From a virus (Duplodnaviria; Caudoviricetes), in the IMG/VR virus record IMGVR_UViG_3300025150_000011, positions 2,314-66,313 of that record: a DNA stretch of 64,000 nucleotides; one strand, 5' to 3'. This document shows, one piece after another, positions 28,208 to 35,049 of this stretch. Numbering within the stretch: position 1 is the first letter of the stretch; each line of letters starts with the position of its first letter. The notes under the pieces were generated by a model that worked only from the letters and a program-made list of their open reading frames with translations, had not been told where the DNA came from and searched no databases. A program made the translations under genes and the position numbers.

Positions 28208-28939
28208 ATGTCGTATGCCGCTTTGGGTTCCTCCGGCGCGCCGTCGGGGCCGTGGGGGAAGATCGTCACGAAGGACGGGTGGGAGTATCAGATCACTCCT
28301 GACGACGTTCTGTGGGCGGCGCGTGCGGCGCGTTGCGAGGGAGGTGGCGAGCAGGGGGAGGCCGCGACCCTTTGGACGTGGACGGCCCGGTTCGCGCTTC
28401 CATCGTATCGGCGACGGTACGGGACCCTGATGGATCTGGTCCGTGCTCACTCGCAGCCGGTCAATCCAATCTGGCAGCGGACCGGGTCCAAGTGCGTCCA
28501 AGGTGGCCAGTACCACGGCACGGCTCACTGCGATGAGGCGAAGCTATCGAACCGAGAGGAGTGTGCAAGGCGCTCCTGGTCCTCGGTCAGCCCCCTGCTC
28601 CGGCAGAAAGTCGAGAAGTGGGCTCGTGCGGAGCTTCCGAACCCGGTGCCAACAGCAGTCGACTTCGCGTCGTCGTCGATCGGGACCCAGCAAGGCGACA
28701 TCGAAGTCGCCCGCTTTCGTCGTCCTGGCGCGAGGCACTACAACGTCTTCTACTCCGAGGCAACGTCCAGGCAGCTCGGCCCGGATTTCGTCACGATCGA
28801 GTTCGATGGTCGCTCAGCCGGCTCGTCCGCCATCGGCAAGTTGCGTGTCTATGGCCCGTACATCGGCGGCGGTGCGGCTGTGCTCGCGGCGGGTTTTGCC
28901 GGATGGGCCTTCTGGTCTGCAAGGAAGGGTGGTCGCTGA
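28208..28939 (+). CDS. SleB/Hydrolase_2-like cell-wall hydrolase with C-terminal TM anchor
   Basis: DDVLWAARAARCEGG, SQP and PNPVPTAVDF motifs; C-terminal TM plus RKGGR. Confidence 0.55.
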   Translation: MSYAALGSSGAPSGPWGKIVTKDGWEYQITPDDVLWAARAARCEGGGEQGEAATLWTWTARFALPSYRRRYGTLMDLVRAHSQPVNPIWQRTGSKCVQGGQYHGTAHCDEAKLSNREECARRSWSSVSPLLRQKVEKWARAELPNPVPTAVDFASSSIGTQQGDIEVARFRRPGARHYNVFYSEATSRQLGPDFVTIEFDGRSAGSSAIGKLRVYGPYIGGGAAVLAAGFAGWAFWSARKGGR

Positions 28940-29853
28940 TGTCAGCGCGTGGGTTCAGTCGATTTCGAGGAGGCGGGAGCCTCTGGAAGACATCCTGGCG
29001 AGGAAGGATCCCATACACGGAGATGTGCTGCATCGAGGGGTTTGGTGACCAGTTCTACCTGTCGAACTCCGACCTGATGCCGCTCGACTTCGTGGGGGGC
29101 AGCTGGTTCGCGGTCGTCGTCGGCATCACGAGTCCGCCGGCAGTGGGCACGTGGGAAGGGATCGCGAGAGGTAGCGCTGCCGGATCTGGAGCGTGGGATC
29201 TGTCGTACACGTCGAACGCGGGCGGCGGACTGCTGTTTCGCCTTCGGCTGAACGTTGGACTGCCATCGGAGATGACGTTCGCGAGCACCGTTGTCGTCGT
29301 TGGTGATCCACAGGAGTACGCGGCGCTCGGGTACGAGGTGTTCTATCGAATCTTTGTGCAGGCGGTTCCGGTGTCCGGAGGTGCTCCCAACGGAAGCATC
29401 GCGATGTGGGCTGAGGGGCAGAACGTGGCGCCCGTGGGAGCGAACCCTCTCTCGGACCCGTATTCCGCAGCCAGTCCGGCGACCGTGTTGGGTCTTGCGG
29501 CTGCAGACACGCAGGCACTCCAGGCACCGAATTGCATCCATGGTGCGGTCGCCGGCGCGAGTTCGACTCAGCTCGATCCGCTGAACGCTGGAGGGGCGGC
29601 TACTCCTTTCTTCGCGGACATCGAGGAGCAGTTTCAGATCACATCGCCGCCGCCGTTCGCGTTGGACGGAAGCCCCGCCGCGGGCTTTGCTGTCCTCAAC
29701 GGATGGCGCGCAAACAACCCGGCGCTCCCGGTGGGCAACGCGCCCGCCTCATGGCTCCCGTACGAGGGCGCGGATGCGTTGGCGTACGGGAATCCCGAGG
29801 GCGGGGTGCTCACGGTCATGTGTGGGCAGGCGGTCTTCGCTCAGGACGTGTAG
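28939..29853 (+). CDS. Putative virion beta-sandwich (LamG-like) protein
   Basis: G/A/P-rich beta pattern (WFAVVVG, WDLSY); TGATG coupling. Confidence 0.45.
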   Translation: MSARGFSRFRGGGSLWKTSWRGRIPYTEMCCIEGFGDQFYLSNSDLMPLDFVGGSWFAVVVGITSPPAVGTWEGIARGSAAGSGAWDLSYTSNAGGGLLFRLRLNVGLPSEMTFASTVVVVGDPQEYAALGYEVFYRIFVQAVPVSGGAPNGSIAMWAEGQNVAPVGANPLSDPYSAASPATVLGLAAADTQALQAPNCIHGAVAGASSTQLDPLNAGGAATPFFADIEEQFQITSPPPFALDGSPAAGFAVLNGWRANNPALPVGNAPASWLPYEGADALAYGNPEGGVLTVMCGQAVFAQDV

Positions 29854-29855
29854 CC

Positions 29856-30053
29856 ATGTCGACGGGCCACTGGGTCATTGAGCTTGCCCAGAAGTCGTGG
29901 CTCGACCTCTCGGATGAGGAACGCAAGGTGTTCGAGGAGTGGCTTCGCAGCGCGGAGGGGAGGGACCTCTACCTCCTCGTGCGCTATGCGATGAGCTTCC
30001 GAAGGCGTTCGTCCTCCCAGAAGGTGGCCGTGCCCGACTTGAAGGACGAGTGA
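29856..30053 (+). CDS. Small hypothetical protein
   Basis: Abuts the recombinase stop. Confidence 0.5.
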   Translation: MSTGHWVIELAQKSWLDLSDEERKVFEEWLRSAEGRDLYLLVRYAMSFRRRSSSQKVAVPDLKDE

Positions 30054-31088
30054 TCACTCTCGAAGGTCGCGCCTCGCCTCCTCCAGGGCGAGAGCGCGGA
30101 CCCGTTCCAGCGCTTCGGTGTGCGCGGGCGCCACGCGCCCGATGCGCCCGATGTAGATCTGCGTCGTGTTGGCATTGAGGTGCCCCAACATCTCCTGGAT
30201 GTCCTGCAAAGGCAGCCCAGCTCGATCAAGGTCCCGAGCAACCATGTGACGCAGGGAGTGAACCGATGCGCCTTCGAGGTCGACGTCCGCCTGTTTCGCG
30301 ACGGAGGCCATGATCTCGTTCACGCGCTTGAGGCTGAGGGGTCTTTCGATGGAGGTCTCCCGATCGATCCCGAAGCCGGCGAATACGGGACTGTCCTGGT
30401 GCATGTCCTTGAGTCTGTCCGCGGCGATCCAGTACGCCTTTATCGCGTCGAACACCGGCTCCGGAAGCTCGAACGTCTTCACGAGACCGCCCTTGAGCCG
30501 CGCCTTGTACGTCCGAGGTTTCGACTTCACGTCGATGTCCCGAATCTTGAGTCGGACGACCTCTTGCCGGCGACGCCCCGTGTACGCGTAGAAGATCAGG
30601 AGCGCCTTGTTTCGGAGACCACTCGGCGTCGCAGGAATCACGTCGAGCATCTTGGCGAACTTGTCCCAGGTCAAAACCTTCGCGTTCGAGTAGGGGGTGG
30701 GCTTGATGTCGTTGCGCGGAACGTGGCGGATGGGGTTGGATCGAATCAGCGGCTCCCCACTGGCGGACGGCGACAGACAGAGGAAGTCGAAGTAGCTGCG
30801 GAGGGCGGAGAGGCGAAAGTAGGCCGTGGTCTCCGACACACCCTTCCGTTCGATGAGCCACTTCTTGAACGCCGCCCCGTGGGCAATCGTTACGTCTTCC
30901 GGAGAGATCCACTTGAACAGCGAGAAGAACTGCCGCAGCGCGGTTTCGTAGGCGGATTTCGTGTTGGCGTTGCGCCCTTCGAGGAAGGCTGCCGTCATGA
31001 GGATGTACGCGCGGGCCCGTTCCTCGTCGCCTTTGCCGAAGCGGCGAATGGAATGCTGGTCTAGTCTCGTCGCGAGAGCGGTCGACAT
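30054..31088 (-). CDS. Tyrosine recombinase/integrase (XerC/D-like)
   Basis: SAM-like N-terminus; YTGRRRQE, HSLRH and LGH...TTQIY catalytic R-H-R-H-Y set. Confidence 0.93.
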   Translation of the reverse strand: MSTALATRLDQHSIRRFGKGDEERARAYILMTAAFLEGRNANTKSAYETALRQFFSLFKWISPEDVTIAHGAAFKKWLIERKGVSETTAYFRLSALRSYFDFLCLSPSASGEPLIRSNPIRHVPRNDIKPTPYSNAKVLTWDKFAKMLDVIPATPSGLRNKALLIFYAYTGRRRQEVVRLKIRDIDVKSKPRTYKARLKGGLVKTFELPEPVFDAIKAYWIAADRLKDMHQDSPVFAGFGIDRETSIERPLSLKRVNEIMASVAKQADVDLEGASVHSLRHMVARDLDRAGLPLQDIQEMLGHLNANTTQIYIGRIGRVAPAHTEALERVRALALEEARRDLRE

Positions 31089-31094
31089 GAGCTG

Positions 31095-31160
31095 ATTGTA
31101 TCATCGCTAGACATGTCGTGTCGGACATACTACCGTGCGACTGCTGCCGGGTGTCAGACA
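31095..31160. promoter_or_regulatory. Divergent promoters with two TGTCNGACA operators (31119-31127, 31152-31160)
   Basis: Plus strand: TAGACA-17-TACCGT. Minus strand: TGaTACAAT just before the recombinase ATG. Confidence 0.7.
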
Positions 31161-31170
31161 CGAGGAACCC

Positions 31171-31377
31171 ATGAAGATCGCCGACTTGGTGAAGAAGAAG
31201 AACGCGAAGGTCCGCGTCCGCGTGCCTGCCCCCCGTCGCGAGGCGATCGGCGGTGCCGAGGTTGTCGGGCGAATCACGGGCATGTCGCGAGAGGGCATGG
31301 TGCTCTGGGTGTCCGTGAAGATTCCGAGACGGGGTGAGTTCCTGTTTCGACCACAGGACCTGACGCTCCTGGGCTGA
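31171..31377 (+). CDS. Small KOW/SH3-like basic protein
   Basis: GAGG RBS; V.V.V...G.V.G pattern. Confidence 0.55.
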   Translation: MKIADLVKKKNAKVRVRVPAPRREAIGGAEVVGRITGMSREGMVLWVSVKIPRRGEFLFRPQDLTLLG

Positions 31378-31382
31378 ACCCT

Positions 31383-31727
31383 GTGCGCGTACTGGTCTGC
31401 ACATGGGAGCCGATCCATACGGCGCGGATCGCGGATGCGCAGAAGGTCGCCGTGAAGAACGGGACCATCGCAGCGATTGCCAAGGAGGCCGAGGGGGATC
31501 GCGACGAGATCCAAAAGGCTCTGGCGGCGAAAGGTCTCCTGACGCTGCGGCTCGTTTCTGGCGACGCGTGCTGTGCTGAGTGCAGGACGCCGATGGAGTG
31601 GCTGTATTCGGCAGACCACATCTCGGACTACGCCGCAGCGGTGCGAGACGTGGCGGAGAACTTCAACGAAGCGTTCGAGCGAACGCGGAGGAGGAACAGT
31701 GGCAGGAAAGACGACGAAGAAGAGTAG
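31383..31727 (+). CDS. Hypothetical protein
   Basis: CAEC motif. Confidence 0.55.
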   Translation: MRVLVCTWEPIHTARIADAQKVAVKNGTIAAIAKEAEGDRDEIQKALAAKGLLTLRLVSGDACCAECRTPMEWLYSADHISDYAAAVRDVAENFNEAFERTRRRNSGRKDDEEE

Positions 31728-32202
31728 GAAGGCCCCCTCGAAGAAGGCCCCCTCGAAGAAGGCGGCTCCGACGAAGAGGGCGGCGGCGAAGGCTTTCGCG
31801 CCCAAGGCGGCGACCCGTCGCGGATCGCCGGAGGCCATCGAGAAGCGTCGGGTGGCTCGTCAGCTGAACGCGCTGATCTCGGGCACGAAGTCCGACGCGA
31901 GCGCGAAGCTCGATGGTCGTTCGGCCAGGAAGCGTGACCGCATCTTCGGCGACCTCAAGGAGAAGAACCTCAAGCCGATCGAGGTGCTCACGCGCGTCTC
32001 CGATCTGATGGCGATGGGTGAGACCGCCGCTTCCATCAAGAAGGCCGGCGTTCGCCCCCTCAACACCGCGTTCTCCGCGAACACGGAAGAGGCTCGGGCC
32101 TCGGTCATGAGCGTCCAGAAGGCGTACAACTTCCCGCCCACGGCGTGGAAGTTCATCGGCGTGACGCTTCCGACGGCGGAGACCGCTCAGGCCGCGGAGT
32201 GA
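31699..32202 (+). CDS. Histone H1-like Lys/Ala-rich DNA-binding protein
   Basis: KAPSKKAPSKKAAPTKRAAAK; 15-bp tandem repeat at 31728-31763; GGAGG RBS. Confidence 0.65.
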   Translation: MAGKTTKKSRKAPSKKAPSKKAAPTKRAAAKAFAPKAATRRGSPEAIEKRRVARQLNALISGTKSDASAKLDGRSARKRDRIFGDLKEKNLKPIEVLTRVSDLMAMGETAASIKKAGVRPLNTAFSANTEEARASVMSVQKAYNFPPTAWKFIGVTLPTAETAQAAE

Positions 32203-32204
32203 CG

Positions 32205-32405
32205 ATGAGCGGCTACCCGTTCTACGGCCACGAAATGGCCCGCATCTCCGGCACGGCGAGATGGGAGGCGCGAGTTGTCCTCGTGTCCGAGAACGGGCGC
32301 CGCGTGGTCACCAAGAAAGAGTGTGGATCCTGGTTCGAGGCGGACGAATGGGGCGAGAGAGAGTGCGCCTCACACCGCCTTTGCCCTCGTAGCTCAGTTG
32401 GATAG
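32205..32405 (+). CDS. Small hypothetical protein running into tRNA-Arg
   Basis: TAG stop at 32403-32405 lies in the tRNA D-loop. Confidence 0.45.
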   Translation: MSGYPFYGHEMARISGTARWEARVVLVSENGRRVVTKKECGSWFEADEWGERECASHRLCPRSSVG

Positions 32406-32456
32406 AGCAACGGTTTCCTAAACCGTAGGCCGGGGATTCAAGTTCCTCCGGGGGCG
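32383..32456 (+). tRNA. tRNA-Arg (anticodon CCT)
   Basis: GCCCTCG/CGGGGGC acceptor; GCTC/GAGC D stem; ACGGT-TTCCTAA-ACCGT; GGGGA-TTCAAGT-TCCTC. Confidence 0.92.
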
Positions 32457-32457
32457 C

Positions 32458-33897
32458 CTAAACATTGCTGAAATCGACATTGTCGAATCGCGGAGTTTTC
32501 GCGATTACGGCGTCGAACTTGTCGGGTCCGTTGTGCACGATGGTGACCTCGACGACGAAGACTTCGGCGTCGCTCCAAGTCACCGCCTGCGCATTGGGTG
32601 GCTTCCACCGGAGTCCGACGATGCACGGTGATGGGTCGTAGGGGCGCAGATCGGACTCGTCGCCGTCGATCAGTGGTAGCCCGAGGAAGGTGGATTCGAG
32701 TCGGGCGGGGACGGCTCGTGCGCGCCCCTTTGCGGCCGTGTACCCCTCGACTCTTCGGGGCATCTCCGTTCCCTTCTCGACGCGAAGCTCGCCGGACTTC
32801 CCGAGGTAGTCGTGCGAGGCAAGTCCTCGGGCGGCGAACACGATCGCGACGCGTCGCTTGAGGTCTCGGATCTCGGAGTCCATGGCGTCGACGTTGCTCG
32901 CGCTGCCGGAGAACGAGAAGGTGAGGTCGTAGTTCTTGATTCCAAGAGCTGCAGGGTCTCGACCGGGGACCTTCGTGTAGTCGTAGAACTGAACCTCGGG
33001 GAAGCGAGCGAAGAGTCCGGGGGCCACGAGTTCCCATGGGATATCGCTGTACACATTGAGTCGAATGAGGGGCTGCATGGTGTTGCAGAGTGCGGAGCGC
33101 TGATGGATGTCGATTGCCTCGATCAGCATCCGCATGAACGCGTTCGATTCACGGATGAGCGCCTGCGTGGCCGCGAACTTGCGGATCGTGTTGTAGTCGT
33201 CGTTGAGGTTCTGTCCGCTGAATGTAAGGCATGCGGCGATGCACTCGGCGGTCGCCTTGGTGCAGAGGTTGACGCGTACGGCGTCCCTTCCGCGTGACGT
33301 CGTGCCCACGTGGTCGACGTGCTTCATGCCGTATCGCAGTCGCCCCTCTGCCACGATGTTCGCAACCATTGGGCTGCTGTGGGCCATGTTGTTGGGTAGG
33401 AGCGACAGGCCGGAGATCGACGCGGCGGAGAAGCCCTTCTTCTTTAGCTCGGAGAGGATGTGGCGCGGCGCACCCTTTCCGATCTTCGTGTTCTGGCCGA
33501 GCATTCGTTCGGCCATGCCTCGGGGCGTCCGGTACGACAGGAGCGGCGTCTTGCCTTTCGTTCCCCACTTCGACGTCGGGAAGTACGGAGCGATCCGTTG
33601 GTGAGCCTCTTCGAGGGTCATGGAAGCAGCCGCGTCGAAGTCGAGTCGGAAGCCTGCCTTCGTCAGCGCTCGCATGGCTGTCGCGGGCGCGCCCGACGCG
33701 TTCGCTGCCAAGGACATCGGCTCGCCGATCTCGGCCGCCGGTACTCCGTCGAGCACCTCTTCCTCGATCTCGGTTGGCGCGTCCAGATAGACGTGATCCT
33801 CGTCGGCGATTCGCAGCGCTGCCTCGATGGCATCTTCGCGAGTCTCAGCAAGCCCGAGCACATCTCCGTGTCCGTCGAGCAGTAGGTAGGCGATCAT
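32458..33897 (-). CDS. Phage Gp88-like protein with an N-terminal extension
   Basis: LC......C...CL..SG, IRLNVYSDIPWE, FYDYTK, YDLTFS and DGDESDLR..DP..VGL motifs. Confidence 0.75.
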   Translation of the reverse strand: MIAYLLLDGHGDVLGLAETREDAIEAALRIADEDHVYLDAPTEIEEEVLDGVPAAEIGEPMSLAANASGAPATAMRALTKAGFRLDFDAAASMTLEEAHQRIAPYFPTSKWGTKGKTPLLSYRTPRGMAERMLGQNTKIGKGAPRHILSELKKKGFSAASISGLSLLPNNMAHSSPMVANIVAEGRLRYGMKHVDHVGTTSRGRDAVRVNLCTKATAECIAACLTFSGQNLNDDYNTIRKFAATQALIRESNAFMRMLIEAIDIHQRSALCNTMQPLIRLNVYSDIPWELVAPGLFARFPEVQFYDYTKVPGRDPAALGIKNYDLTFSFSGSASNVDAMDSEIRDLKRRVAIVFAARGLASHDYLGKSGELRVEKGTEMPRRVEGYTAAKGRARAVPARLESTFLGLPLIDGDESDLRPYDPSPCIVGLRWKPPNAQAVTWSDAEVFVVEVTIVHNGPDKFDAVIAKTPRFDNVDFSNV

Positions 33898-33964
33898 GAG
33901 CGGAGTGTATCGCAGGAAGAAGGGGGAATGTTGACGGTGCGTCGATACCTGGTACGTTCGACGC

Positions 33965-34168
33965 ATGCTGCTGGGGGACGCCGTGAAGCGTGCGGAAAAG
34001 CTGCTGCCGACACTCTCCGGTCGCGACGCAGCGGCTATCCACGCACTGATCGAGATGGCAAAGCGGGTCCAGCGTTTTCAGAAGCCACTGCGGGACCTAC
34101 ATCGAGCGCTGCTCCCGGACGAGTTGACGCAGACGAGCCTGTTCTCGAACAATGGAGACGATGGATGA
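33965..34168 (+). CDS. Small hypothetical protein
   Basis: Divergent from Gp88-like; coupled to the next gene. Confidence 0.5.
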   Translation: MLLGDAVKRAEKLLPTLSGRDAAAIHALIEMAKRVQRFQKPLRDLHRALLPDELTQTSLFSNNGDDG

Positions 34169-34502
34169 TCGCCACAGAGGGCTGATCCTTCTCGGGTTCC
34201 CGCCCTGCGTCCACTGCGGACAGCACGCAGACCGGATGCTTCGACGCTCTAACGGCGGCATGGTGTGCGCTTCGTGCAACCACAAGTTCGACATGGAGCG
34301 CATCAAGCGTGAGCACGAAGAACGCATGCGGATCATGAAGGAAAAGCACGAGTACGCGATGGCGATGATCGATCTCAGGCGTTCGATGAGTCGAGAGACG
34401 AGCCCGGAGTACCGACGGGCTTGCGAGAGCGACGTGATGCGGTCGGATCTTGAAGCGGTCATGGGCGGCAGTCGTCTGGGAAGAGGCGGGCGCATCCGGT
34501 AG
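34161..34502 (+). CDS. Zn-finger plus coiled-coil hypothetical protein
   Basis: CVHC and CASC motifs. Confidence 0.55.
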   Translation: MDDRHRGLILLGFPPCVHCGQHADRMLRRSNGGMVCASCNHKFDMERIKREHEERMRIMKEKHEYAMAMIDLRRSMSRETSPEYRRACESDVMRSDLEAVMGGSRLGRGGRIR

Positions 34503-34511
34503 GATTGCCCC

Positions 34512-35045
34512 ATGGCGTACCGTCACCTATCCGGCCTCGGCCAGGCCACGAGTGCACGCGACCAAGCGCGTGCGCTCTACGAGTCAGGTCACACCAAGTA
34601 CAACAGCGGCGACTACGCGGGTGCACTCGCGGATTGGCAGGCGGCACATCGCCTCGTCTCGCTCCCAACGGTTTTGATCTCGATCGCGCAGGCGTTCGAG
34701 AAGCTCAACCGCAGGGAGGACGCCAGGGCCCACTACCAGCGGTACCTGTGGGCGGACCCGAACGGGTCGTATGCGCAGCGAGCACAGGCCGGCGTTGCAC
34801 GGAACTCCCCAGGCGCGGAGCTTTCGGTGCCCAAGGGCGAGCAGGCCCCCGGTCAGGCGTCCGTCAGCGACAAGTACCTGATTCCAGAGGACGCGCTTCA
34901 GGCCGAGCTGGTCTACGCCGAGCGAACGACGAAGGGCGTCTGGATCGCAACAGGGATCGGCGTCGCCGTTCTGCTCGGCGTCGGCCTGATGTCGATGCGC
35001 AAGAAGAGGCCAGTGTCCGCGAATCGCCGTCGTCGGCGCAGGTGA
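34512..35045 (+). CDS. TPR protein with C-terminal TM anchor
   Basis: ARALYESG..YNSGDYAGAL...IAQAFEKL....DARAHYQRYL; TM plus RKKR...RRRRRR. Confidence 0.8.
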   Translation: MAYRHLSGLGQATSARDQARALYESGHTKYNSGDYAGALADWQAAHRLVSLPTVLISIAQAFEKLNRREDARAHYQRYLWADPNGSYAQRAQAGVARNSPGAELSVPKGEQAPGQASVSDKYLIPEDALQAELVYAERTTKGVWIATGIGVAVLLGVGLMSMRKKRPVSANRRRRRR

Positions 35046-35049
35046 CCCC

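Noticed and set aside
30054-31088. Integron or shufflon recombinase
   Set aside because: No attC-like cassette array or flanking inverted crossover sites were seen, and no IntI-specific insertion was recognised.
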